NCBI GenBank assembly: GCA_963805085.1
Contig: CAWDTA010000002.1
Location: 1,632,001-1,696,000, forward strand
From: an uncultured Veillonellaceae bacterium
Lineage (GTDB): Bacteria; Bacillota; Negativicutes; JARBTT01
DNA length: 64,000 bases
Direction: 5' to 3'
Shown piece by piece: positions 31,230 through 40,570 of the stretch; the first letter of the stretch is position 1; every line of letters begins with the position of its first letter. The translations under genes were made by a program, and so were the position numbers. Below the pieces are notes generated by a model that saw only the letters and a program-made list of their open reading frames with translations, made no database searches and had not been told where the DNA came from.

Positions 31230-31494
31230 ATTTCCTCCTAAAATAATAATTATTATATAATTGAATAAATTGCTTAATGTTTATTATAACTAATATTACT
31301 ACATTTTTCTAGCCCTTAATAATTTTAATATTTATTGCTGATTAGAGGGGCCCCGTTTATAAGTGTTCCATGTTGATGGCTGATTATAGTAATATTTTCC
31401 TGAATATTATATAATAGTTGTAAATTTTATATATTTATATATTTGTATATCTGTATATTAATAAAAATACTCTAGTTAGTTGGTGTATTAAATC

Positions 31495-33216
31495 ATGAAA
31501 ATATATTTTCGAAAAATAATTACGATTTTTTTATTACTATTTGTTTTTAGCTTACACATAGCGTTTGCTGGAGAAAAGCAAGGAGCTGAGGGCCATTACT
31601 CCATAACGAATTTTGAAACTTTTGAGGACGTAAATGGTGCGTACGATTTTGCTACGATAAGTTCTCCCTCATTTTCAGAGCAGTTTCGACTGAATAAGCA
31701 AGATGCAATTTCGCTAGGTATTTCAAAATCGGTTTATTGGATACGGTTTGTACTACCAACGAATGATAATGGTCAAATAGATGCAAAGCAATTGCTTGAG
31801 CTAAGCAATCCGAGTATTAGCAAGATCGATCTTTATCTGCCTGTTGTAAATGGTAGCGATATGGATAATCTTCAGTATCTGGAAAAGCATGTAGGAGCAG
31901 AGCGGCCTTCAACGAATCGAGATATTTGGGATACTAGCTGGGTATTTGATATACCTCAGCAATATGCACAAGGACAGTACATCTATTTGAAACTTGAAAG
32001 TATCTCGACTCTGCGTCTGCCTATCCTAGTTTGGCAAGAAAATTCTTTTTTAAAGGAAATTTTTATTAAGAATATTGGTTATGGAATCTTTTATGGCGTC
32101 CTTATCGCGATGTTCCTTTATAATTTATTTATTGTGTTCGTTTTGCGAGATAAGACATATTTATTCTATGTTTTGTATATTTTCTTTATGTTCATTTACC
32201 AGTTCAATGCACATGGACATTTAAAACTGTGGCTAAACATTGAGTATTCATTATATAATTCATTGTTTTGGATTTGCTTATCGGCTGGTTTTATTTTTTC
32301 AATTTTATTTACTGCAAGCTTTCTACAGGTGCATGATGATGAAGTAGTTTGGTCAAAAATCATAAAAGCATTGCTGGTTACAGCGATAATACAAGGCATT
32401 TTAGGAGCATTCGGTTATTCAATTTTGGCAAATAAAATTGCAAATTGTCTAGGAATTATTGAACCATCATTTTTCATGGCTTTGGCTATATTTCGCATTT
32501 ATCAAGGTTTTCACCCAGCGATATTTTATCTGCTTGCCTGGGGAATACTTTCCCTGGGCGTTTTGGTATGGATTTTGTCATCATATAGAATTATAGCTGA
32601 GAATGTGTTAATGTTTGCAACAGCTTCTGAGGCAATTTTACTCTCTTTAGCCCTGTCAGATAGATTTAAAACCTTGCGGTTAAAAGAATTAGTGCTCACC
32701 CGAAATATCCATTATTACCGTGATTTAAGTTTAACGGATGAGTTAACGGGTCTGTATAATAGACGTTACTTAAAAAAGAAAATGCAACAAGAAATAAGTA
32801 GGGCGGTTCAGGAAGAAAAAAGCATGGCGCTGATCGTTATGGATATTGATTTCTTCAAAAAATATAATGATACCTACGGACATTGGCAAGGAGATCAGGT
32901 ATTGATTCGTTTTAGCGAAGTACTTTTAAATATTTTGGATGGGACGCAAATGGCTTTTCGTTTTGGCGGCGAAGAATTTGTTGTCTTATTGCCTAATTCT
33001 TTTTATGATGATGCTACTGCAATTGCAGAAAGAATTCGTAGTGATTTTGCAGCAGAAGAATTTGTACCTGTTGGAGATAGTTCAGTACATGTAACTATAA
33101 GCGCTGGTTTCTCTATTTTAAAATTAAGTGATACAGAGGAAACCTTATTTGAAAGAGCCGATAAAGCGCTATATCAAGCGAAAAAGTCAGGAAGAAATAA
33201 GGCTGTATTTCTGTAA
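31495..33216 (+). CDS. 7TM-DISM sensor diguanylate cyclase
   Basis: Signal peptide, DISMED2-like YWIRF region, FYGVLIAMFLYNLF 7TM start, TDELTGLYNRR, RFGGEEF. Confidence 0.88.
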   Translation: MKIYFRKIITIFLLLFVFSLHIAFAGEKQGAEGHYSITNFETFEDVNGAYDFATISSPSFSEQFRLNKQDAISLGISKSVYWIRFVLPTNDNGQIDAKQLLELSNPSISKIDLYLPVVNGSDMDNLQYLEKHVGAERPSTNRDIWDTSWVFDIPQQYAQGQYIYLKLESISTLRLPILVWQENSFLKEIFIKNIGYGIFYGVLIAMFLYNLFIVFVLRDKTYLFYVLYIFFMFIYQFNAHGHLKLWLNIEYSLYNSLFWICLSAGFIFSILFTASFLQVHDDEVVWSKIIKALLVTAIIQGILGAFGYSILANKIANCLGIIEPSFFMALAIFRIYQGFHPAIFYLLAWGILSLGVLVWILSSYRIIAENVLMFATASEAILLSLALSDRFKTLRLKELVLTRNIHYYRDLSLTDELTGLYNRRYLKKKMQQEISRAVQEEKSMALIVMDIDFFKKYNDTYGHWQGDQVLIRFSEVLLNILDGTQMAFRFGGEEFVVLLPNSFYDDATAIAERIRSDFAAEEFVPVGDSSVHVTISAGFSILKLSDTEETLFERADKALYQAKKSGRNKAVFL

Positions 33217-33341
33217 TATTCATTTGCTTAGCAACTAAATCATTGGGATAAGATTATACTCTCTATTTGCATTTCATATCTGTGTGTTAGAAGTTTAGGA
33301 TAGCAGAGTAGCTTGTCCTCCAATAATTAACAAAAAAATAA

Positions 33342-33370
33342 TTGACAATTAATATGACCGATCGTATAAT
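33342..33370 (+). promoter_or_regulatory. Consensus sigma-A promoter overlapped by a TetR/NemR-like operator
   Basis: TTGACA-17 nt-TATAAT; ATGACCGATCGTAT at 33354-33367. Confidence 0.85.
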
Positions 33371-33451
33371 AAAATATAGTTGCAGTTAAAACAATTGCAA
33401 ACGCCTCTATACATTATTTTTAAGAAATATATGTTTTTTTGAATATTAATT

Positions 33452-33465
33452 ATACGATTGGTCAT
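33452..33465 (-). promoter_or_regulatory. Second operator copy, inverted
   Basis: atacgattggtcat; its reverse complement ATGACCAATCGTAT matches the first site at 13/14. Confidence 0.7.
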
Positions 33466-33489
33466 TTTATTAAAAAGGAGTGTTAAAAT

Positions 33490-34650
33490 ATGAAAAACTT
33501 TCAGTTTGTAAATCCTACAAAAATTATTTTTGGTAATGGTGAGATTGCTCAACTCACGAAACAAATTCCTACTACTAGTAAGGTGTTAATACTTTACGGT
33601 GGTGGCAGCGTGAAAAAAACAGGTTTGTTGGAATCGATTAAGGCAGTATTGACTGATTTTCAAGTTGGTGAATTTGGCGGCATTGAGCCTAATCCGACCT
33701 ATGAAACGCTGATGAAAGCTGTGGAAATCATTCGTAAAGAGAAATATGATTTTCTGCTCGCAGTAGGTGGTGGGTCGGTTATTGATGGAACTAAATTTAT
33801 TGCCGCAGCTGCTTTATTTACACAAGGCGATCCTTGGAAATTCATTATAGAGGGGTTACCGATTAGTGCGGCATTACCGTTTGGTACAGTATTGACGTTG
33901 CCTGCTACAGGTTCAGAAATGAACAATGGTGCTGTGATAACGCGGAAACAATTACAGGCTAAAATACCATTTATGAGTGCAAAGGTATTTCCACAATTTT
34001 CGATACTCGACCCACTTTATACATATACGTTACCGAAAAAACAAATTGCGAATGGTGTTGTGGATGCATTTATTCATGTAATGGAGCAATATCTGACGTA
34101 TTCAGTGGCTGGAAAAGTGCAGGATCGGTTCTCGGAAGGATTGCTCTTAACTTTAGTGGAAGAAGGTCCAAAAGCTTTGCAAGATCCAGAAAATTATGAT
34201 GTACGAGCGAATCTAATGTGGACGGCTACGTTAGCGTTAAACGGCTTGATTGGTAGCGGTGTACCGCAGGATTGGTCTACGCATATGGTAGGTCATGAAA
34301 TTACTGCATTATATGGCCTTGATCATGCACAGACATTGGCGATTGTATTGCCTTCCATGCTAGAAGTGATGAAGGCAGAGAAACTAGAAAAACTTCTTCA
34401 ATATGGTGAGCGAATTTGGAATCTAAGTATGGATTTATCGCCAGATGGAAAAAGCGCATTAGCGATTGAAAAAACCAGAGATTTCTTTGAAGCAATGGGC
34501 GTGAAAACTCGTTTAGCTGATTATGGATTAGGAAAAGATGTAATTGAAAAAATTATTGCAAGTTTGGAATCACATGGAATGGTCAAACTTGGTGAAAAAG
34601 GTACGGTGACTCCTGACGTTGTTCGTCAAGTATTGAAACTTAGCTTATAA
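33490..34650 (+). CDS. Iron-containing NADPH-dependent alcohol/aldehyde reductase (YqhD/Bdh family)
   Basis: GIEPNP, AVGGGSVIDGTK, PATGSEMN, DAFIHVMEQY and THMVGHE..DHAQTL motifs. Confidence 0.92.
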   Translation: MKNFQFVNPTKIIFGNGEIAQLTKQIPTTSKVLILYGGGSVKKTGLLESIKAVLTDFQVGEFGGIEPNPTYETLMKAVEIIRKEKYDFLLAVGGGSVIDGTKFIAAAALFTQGDPWKFIIEGLPISAALPFGTVLTLPATGSEMNNGAVITRKQLQAKIPFMSAKVFPQFSILDPLYTYTLPKKQIANGVVDAFIHVMEQYLTYSVAGKVQDRFSEGLLLTLVEEGPKALQDPENYDVRANLMWTATLALNGLIGSGVPQDWSTHMVGHEITALYGLDHAQTLAIVLPSMLEVMKAEKLEKLLQYGERIWNLSMDLSPDGKSALAIEKTRDFFEAMGVKTRLADYGLGKDVIEKIIASLESHGMVKLGEKGTVTPDVVRQVLKLSL

Positions 34651-34665
34651 AAGGAGAGATAGAAG

Positions 34666-35799
34666 ATGGAAAACAATAAACAATTTATAAATCATGATTT
34701 AGATATTTTATATCAACCAGTAGCACTAGGTGATTTAACGTTACCAAATCGTATTGTTATGGCACCAATGACAAGAGGATTTTCACCTGATGGCGTGCCG
34801 GGGGCTGATGTGGTAGGATATTATAGAAGACGTGCAGAAAATCAAGTAGGTCTGATTGTTACTGAAGGTACATTGATTAATCATCCAGCAGCTGCAGAAG
34901 GGTTAGGACGACCTAATTTTCATGGGGAAGCAGCGTTACATGGTTGGGCTCAAGTTGTCGAGGCCGTTCATCAGGCTGGAGGTAAAATCATTCCTCAGTT
35001 ATGGCATGTTGGTATGGCGCGGAAAATCGATGGCGAAAATCCAAATCCAGAAGCTTTGCCGATTGGCCCATCGGGGATTGATGTAGTTTCCGGTGAAAAA
35101 GTGACAAAAAATATGACAATAGCAGAAATTGAACAGATTATCAAGGCTTTTGCTGTGGCTGCTGGTGATGCTAAACGGCTGGGCTTTGATGGAATCGAGA
35201 TCCATGGTGCACATGGTTATCTCATCGATCAGTTCTTTTGGGAAAAGACCAATCAACGTCAAGATAAATATGGTGGAGATTTGCAGGGGCGCTCGCGCTT
35301 TGCTGTGGAAATCATAGAAGCTTGCCGCCAGACTGTTGGCTCAGATTTTCCGATTGTATTTCGTTTTTCTCAATGGAAAATGGGAGATTATAGTGCAAAA
35401 TTGGCAAATACACCAGAGGAGCTTGCTGCATTTTTAGCACCGTTAGTTGAGGCTGGGGTAGACATTTTTCATTGTTCAACACGTCGTTATTGGCAGCCAG
35501 AGTTTGACGGGTCACCGCTAAACTTGGCGGGCTGGACAAAGAAAATAACGGGAAAACCAACGATTACTGTTGGATCCGTTGGTCTTGATACCAATTTCAT
35601 TGAATTCTTTGCTGAAGGAAAAGGCGCGAAGGCGACGAGTCTTACACCGCTCATCGAGAGATTGGAAAAGAATGAATTTGATGTAGTGGCAGTGGGGAGA
35701 GCACTATTGGCTGATCCAGCTTGGGCAACTAAAACACGTGAAAATAGAATCGATGAACTCATTCCGTTTGAACTTGGCGTAGAAAAAACATTATCGTAA
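34666..35799 (+). CDS. NADH:flavin oxidoreductase (Old Yellow Enzyme family)
   Basis: NRIVMAPMTR, QLWHVG, GFDGIEIHGAHGYL and VAVGRALL motifs. Confidence 0.92.
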   Translation: MENNKQFINHDLDILYQPVALGDLTLPNRIVMAPMTRGFSPDGVPGADVVGYYRRRAENQVGLIVTEGTLINHPAAAEGLGRPNFHGEAALHGWAQVVEAVHQAGGKIIPQLWHVGMARKIDGENPNPEALPIGPSGIDVVSGEKVTKNMTIAEIEQIIKAFAVAAGDAKRLGFDGIEIHGAHGYLIDQFFWEKTNQRQDKYGGDLQGRSRFAVEIIEACRQTVGSDFPIVFRFSQWKMGDYSAKLANTPEELAAFLAPLVEAGVDIFHCSTRRYWQPEFDGSPLNLAGWTKKITGKPTITVGSVGLDTNFIEFFAEGKGAKATSLTPLIERLEKNEFDVVAVGRALLADPAWATKTRENRIDELIPFELGVEKTLS

Positions 35800-35871
35800 T
35801 CTCTTTTTGAAAAAAAGGAGAGAATGGGAAGCCAACCTATAGGATGCAATTCTAGGAGGAAGTGATACCAC

Positions 35872-36486
35872 ATGGCTAGAAAAAAAAGTGCTGATTTAGA
35901 AAGAACGAAACAAACCTTATTAGAAGTGGGGTTGTCACTTTTTCAAGAAAAAGGTTTCAATGGAACAGGAATTCAAGAAATCGCCACATTAGCGGATATT
36001 CCAAAAGGATCTTTCTACAATTATTTTTCTAGTAAAGAAGATTTTGGTGTAGCAGTAATTCATTATTATACTGAAACAAGTATGGAGGAATGGACGAATC
36101 TTCTAGATACCGCGACGCAGCAAGAAGATTCCTATAAAGCGTTGGGGACGGCATTTTTGGCGATTATTGAAAAGTACCGCTGTGCTGAGATAAAAAAAGG
36201 TTGCTTACTTGGCAATCTGGCCGGCGAAATCAGTGAAGCTAGTGAAGATTGTCGCAAGGCATTGCAGCAGTCGGTAAATGAATATAAAGATATTTTGGCG
36301 CGACGTCTACTGATTGGACAGCAACTAGGAAAAGTAAGAAGTGATTTGCCAGCGCAATGTTTGGCGGATTTGGTTTGGGACTGTTGGCAGGGAAGTCTTC
36401 TGCGAATGAAAATTGAAAAATCTGTAGAACCAGTCAACAAGGCAATAGAACTGTTATTCCACTATATGTTGCTACCTGTCAAGTAG
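35872..36486 (+). CDS. TetR-family regulator, NemR-like
   Basis: GFNGTGIQEI..IPKGSFYNYFSSKE HTH; GCLLGNLAGEIS; WQGSLLRMK. Confidence 0.88.
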   Translation: MARKKSADLERTKQTLLEVGLSLFQEKGFNGTGIQEIATLADIPKGSFYNYFSSKEDFGVAVIHYYTETSMEEWTNLLDTATQQEDSYKALGTAFLAIIEKYRCAEIKKGCLLGNLAGEISEASEDCRKALQQSVNEYKDILARRLLIGQQLGKVRSDLPAQCLADLVWDCWQGSLLRMKIEKSVEPVNKAIELLFHYMLLPVK

Positions 36487-36538
36487 TAAAGGAGCATAAA
36501 TAAGAAGCTATTGCAAGACTGAGGATGGAGGTCTTTAA

Positions 36539-37342
36539 ATGGATTTATACAAGATTAAAGATAACATCAATATATTGAGTGGTTTTCTTGGCAAAAGAGA
36601 TATACCTACTTTGTCTAGTGTTGCTTTAAAAGAAAATTATAAAATTTCACAAGCGGATATGCTGATTTTATTTGGTGGTAGTATTCCCGATGGTTGTGAT
36701 GTAGTTGGCGAGGCTGTTTTAAATAATATGGCTAAACATTTTATGATCGTTGGTGGAGAGGGACACACTACCGAGAGTCTGCGTCAAGCTGTCCACAAGT
36801 CTTATCCTCAAATAGTAACTGCAAGTAGAAGTGAAGCAGATATTATGGCGGAGTATATAAGCTGGAAATATGGTATTGATAAAATATTGCTAGAACGTAA
36901 TTCAACCAATTGTGGAAATAATGTCACGTATGCGTTAGAGCTTATGAAGCAAAATAGAATTTTTCCAAGAAGCATTATTATCGTCCAAGATGCAACGATG
37001 CAGCGGCGAATGGATGCTGGTTTTCGTAAATACCTTGAAAGCGCAGAAGTTCAACTTATAAATTTTGCTGCCTATAAAGTTCGCGTTGAAGTAAGAGATG
37101 AAAAATTAGTTATTGAGCCGTCAGATCTTTGGGGAATGTGGGGTATAGAAAGATATATTTCTTTGTTATTGGGAGAAATTCCGAGATTGCTTGACAATAC
37201 CAATGGCTATGGTCCTAATGGTAAAGCATATATTGCACACGTGGATATTCCTCTGAATGTAGTAAAGGCATTTGAGGAATTACAAACAGATTATGGAGAT
37301 TTGCTTAGAGTGGAAAATTCTTTATACACTTCTAAACAATAA
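36539..37342 (+). CDS. YdcF/DUF218-family protein
   Basis: LILFGGS, GGEGHTT, SEADIM, ERNSTNCGNN and QDATMQRR motifs. Confidence 0.85.
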   Translation: MDLYKIKDNINILSGFLGKRDIPTLSSVALKENYKISQADMLILFGGSIPDGCDVVGEAVLNNMAKHFMIVGGEGHTTESLRQAVHKSYPQIVTASRSEADIMAEYISWKYGIDKILLERNSTNCGNNVTYALELMKQNRIFPRSIIIVQDATMQRRMDAGFRKYLESAEVQLINFAAYKVRVEVRDEKLVIEPSDLWGMWGIERYISLLLGEIPRLLDNTNGYGPNGKAYIAHVDIPLNVVKAFEELQTDYGDLLRVENSLYTSKQ

Positions 37343-37419
37343 AGGGAAGTAGCAAAATAGTGAGCAATGGGATAGAGCAGATTGTTTGTTATAAATAGTT
37401 CAGATCATATTTTATAAGT

Positions 37420-37458
37420 AAAAGCCGTTAGAAAAAATGATAATTTCTAACGGCTTTT
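37420..37458 (+). terminator. Rho-independent terminator isolating the cellulase operon from upstream genes
   Basis: aaaagccgttagaaa...tttctaacggctttt. Confidence 0.8.
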
Positions 37459-37711
37459 GCTATGTGTAGAAATGTGTTTGTTATTTATTTGAAAAAAAAA
37501 CAATATAAGCCATTTAAATTTAGGGGCTATAAAGAATATATATAATTGTGAGCCAATATACAGGAAGCTTTTCAAGGGGGGAAGATATAAAAAAATTGAA
37601 TATTTTTGATGAAAGGTAGGTGCTTTGCAAGAAAAATATTGGAGTAGAAGGATTGATGAGTTCTAGATTTTCCTAACTTACTAAATGAATAATATGAGGA
37701 GAGGTTTATCA

Positions 37712-40396
37712 ATGAGTACAAATTATAAAACTCGTTTTACAGAATTGTATAATAAAATTCATGATTCGAGCAACGGTTATTTTAGTTCCGACGGGATTCC
37801 TTACCATTCGGTTGAGACCTTAATATGTGAAGCACCTGATTATGGTCATTTGACAACAAGTGAAGCTTTTAGTTACTATGTGTGGCTTGAAGCAGTGAAT
37901 GGGAAAATTACAGGTGACTGGACTGGGCTTGTTACGGCGTGGGAAAAAATGGAGAAATATATGATTCCTACTACTGCGGACCAGCCAGCAAGCGGCTATG
38001 ATGATTCAAAGCCTGCTACTTATGCAGGGGAATGGGAACAGCCAAGCATGTATCCTAGTAAGCTTGAGTTTAGCACCCCTGTAGGCAAAGACCCTATCTT
38101 TAGCGATCTTAAAAACACCTACGGAGCCGATTTTATGTATGGCATGCATTGGCTCTTGGATGTGGATAATTGGTATGGGTATGGTACTAGAGGAGACGGG
38201 GTTACTAAACCTTCATACATTAATACATTCCAACGTGGTGAACAGGAATCCGTATGGGAAACCGTACCACAGCCATCCTGGGAAGCATTTAAAGCGGGTG
38301 GTCCAAATGGTTTCCTTGATTTATTTACTGGAGATTCGAGTTATTCTAAACAGTGGCGTTATACGAATGCGCCTGATGCGGATGCCCGGACAGTACAAGC
38401 AATGTATTGGGCTAATATATGGGCAAAGGAACAAGGGGTTGACCTAAGTTCATTGGTGAGCAAGGCATCAAAGATGGGTGACTATTTAAGGTATACATTG
38501 TTTGATAAATACTTTAAGCAAATCGGGTGCCAAGATAAGACGAATAAAGGGACAGGTTATGATTCCTGTAGTTATTTGATATCTTGGTACTATGCGTGGG
38601 GTGGAGGAATCAATGCTAACTGGGCATGGAAGATAGGTTGCAGTCATAATCATTTTGGGTATCAGAATCCTTTTGTTGCGTGGATATTGTCTAACGACAG
38701 CAGTTTCAAACCGAAATCTTCACAAGGTGCGGCAGATTGGGGTAAAAGCTTGACACGCCAGTTGGAGTTTTATCAATGGCTGCAGTCGGCAGAGGGCGCT
38801 ATTGCCGGTGGGGCAACAAACTCCTACAACGGAAGATATGAAGCGTATCCAGCAGGTACTGCTACCTTTTACGATATGGCTTATGTGGAAAATCCTGTAT
38901 ATAAAGATCCGGGGAGTAATACCTGGTTTGGCATGCAGGCTTGGTCTATGCAGCGTGTAGCACAATATTACTATAAGACTGGAGACAAAAAAGCACAAGA
39001 TCTACTTGGCAGGTGGGTAAAATGGATTAAACAATCCGTTAAGTTAAATACAGACGGTACCTTTGCAATACCTTCAACACTTAGCTGGTCTGGTCAACCC
39101 GATACATGGGCTGGCAGCTATACAGGAAATTCAGAGTTGCATGTGACGATAGTAAAATACGGCACAGATCTTGGTATTACAGGTTCACTGGCAAACGCAT
39201 TACTCTATTACAGTGCAGGTACAAAATTATGGTCTACGTATGATGATGATTCACGCGTGCTGGCGAAAGAATTGCTTGATCGTATGTGGACTTTATTCAC
39301 AGATTCGAAAGGTTTGTCCGCTACGGAGTCAATGGATACGTACAATCGTTTCTTCGATCAGGAAGTATACATTCCAACCGGTTGGTCCGGAAAAATGGCA
39401 AATGGTGATGTGATCAAGCCGGGAATTAAATTCATCGACATTCGTTCAAAATATAAGGAGGATCCTGATTGGGCTAAGGTCGAGAGTGCATATAAAGCAG
39501 GGGAAAATCCTTCGTTTAATTATCACAGATTTTGGGGGCAATGTGATATCGCCTTGGCAAATGCTACTTACTATCTATTGTTTAGCGAGGCAGTATCCAC
39601 AGTAGCGGTAGAGGTTACAGTGCCGACAGAAGGACAATCCTTCGAATATCCTTCTAAGGCAAGCCCGATAACAATTTCTGCGGATGCTTCGACCACAAGC
39701 GGGACAATCAGCAAAGTGACGTTTTTTGCCAACGGTACTAAGATTGGCGAATCGACTGCCTCTCCGTACAGCATAACTTGGTATCCGACAGGATATGCGC
39801 AGAGTGCGACTGGAATCGACTCGTATGCAATTACGGCAAGTGCTACAGACAGCAATGGTACAAGCGCTATCTCTGCTCCTGTAAATATTAAAATCAAACT
39901 GCCGATACGGCCTGAACCTGTCGGGAATTTGACACTAGAGGCCTACAATGGCAGTACAGCAGCAACAACCAATAGTATAAGTCCTAAAATCAAAATTACG
40001 AATTCCGGTGAGAACGAGGTAAGCCTGAGTACAGTAACAGTAAGATACTATTACACGATTGATACTGAAAAGGGTCAAAGCTTCTGGTGTGATAATGCAG
40101 CGATAACATCGGGGACTTACCGGAATTTAACAAGTAGTGTAACTGGTAGTTTTGTAAAAATGAGCACGGCAAAATCCGGTGCAGATTATTATCTTGAAAT
40201 TGGCTTTACAGCGGCAGCAGGCAGTCTTGCAGCGGGTGAGATTGTAGAACTACAGCTCCGGTTTGCCAAAAACGACTGGTCAAATTATACCCAGTCGAAT
40301 GATTATTCATTCAACTCCAGTGCCTCAACGTATGACGATGGTAGTAAGATAACTGCTTATATCTCCAGCCAGTTAATTTCTGGTACAGAGCCATAA
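37712..40396 (+). CDS. GH48 cellobiohydrolase + Ig-like + CBM3; no signal peptide, no dockerin
   Basis: [23 protein letters not shown] (catalytic Glu), [34 protein letters not shown]-terminal [17 protein letters not shown] Ig domain and [27 protein letters not shown]3. GAGGAGAGG RBS before ATG 37712; in-frame stop at 37682. Confidence 0.95.
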   Translation: MSTNYKTRFTELYNKIHDSSNGYFSSDGIPYHSVETLICEAPDYGHLTTSEAFSYYVWLEAVNGKITGDWTGLVTAWEKMEKYMIPTTADQPASGYDDSKPATYAGEWEQPSMYPSKLEFSTPVGKDPIFSDLKNTYGADFMYGMHWLLDVDNWYGYGTRGDGVTKPSYINTFQRGEQESVWETVPQPSWEAFKAGGPNGFLDLFTGDSSYSKQWRYTNAPDADARTVQAMYWANIWAKEQGVDLSSLVSKASKMGDYLRYTLFDKYFKQIGCQDKTNKGTGYDSCSYLISWYYAWGGGINANWAWKIGCSHNHFGYQNPFVAWILSNDSSFKPKSSQGAADWGKSLTRQLEFYQWLQSAEGAIAGGATNSYNGRYEAYPAGTATFYDMAYVENPVYKDPGSNTWFGMQAWSMQRVAQYYYKTGDKKAQDLLGRWVKWIKQSVKLNTDGTFAIPSTLSWSGQPDTWAGSYTGNSELHVTIVKYGTDLGITGSLANALLYYSAGTKLWSTYDDDSRVLAKELLDRMWTLFTDSKGLSATESMDTYNRFFDQEVYIPTGWSGKMANGDVIKPGIKFIDIRSKYKEDPDWAKVESAYKAGENPSFNYHRFWGQCDIALANATYYLLFSEAVSTVAVEVTVPTEGQSFEYPSKASPITISADASTTSGTISKVTFFANGTKIGESTASPYSITWYPTGYAQSATGIDSYAITASATDSNGTSAISAPVNIKIKLPIRPEPVGNLTLEAYNGSTAATTNSISPKIKITNSGENEVSLSTVTVRYYYTIDTEKGQSFWCDNAAITSGTYRNLTSSVTGSFVKMSTAKSGADYYLEIGFTAAAGSLAAGEIVELQLRFAKNDWSNYTQSNDYSFNSSASTYDDGSKITAYISSQLISGTEP
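39610..40396 (+). repeat. Ig+CBM3 module, copy 1 (787 bp)
   Basis: Near-identical DNA to 41881-42667 and 44292-45074. Confidence 0.95.
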
Positions 40397-40453
40397 ACAT
40401 AATGATTTAACCTAAATAAAATTATTAATAAGAAACAAAAGAATAAATAATGA

Positions 40454-40515
40454 GTCATGTTGTTATGAGGGCTTTGATGGCAACAATTAGCTTTAGCCTC
40501 TCATAACAACATGAC
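40454..40515 (+). promoter_or_regulatory. Intergenic mRNA stem-loop after the GH48 gene
   Basis: 16-bp perfect arms gtcatgttgttatgag/ctcataacaacatgac with extra ggct/agcc pairing; no immediate U-tract. Confidence 0.7.
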
Positions 40516-40570
40516 ATATAATTTTTTAGTTCGTTTTTTACATTATGTGTCGAAAGGAAGAGGTAGTAAA

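Noticed and set aside
37685-37711. MNNMRRGLS extension of GH48 as a Tat signal (RR)
   Set aside because: Only 9 residues with no hydrophobic region; the RR codons are the RBS (AGGAGAGG) of ATG 37712.
40548-40554. TGTCGAA Spo0A box before the GH9 gene
   Set aside because: A single 7-mer is expected several times by chance in 64 kb, so it is not evidence of sporulation control.
40511-40570. ORF-track N-terminal extension of GH9 as a signal peptide
   Set aside because: No RBS, the start is buried in the stem-loop, and there is no continuous h-region or AxA site; ATG 40571 has the RBS.
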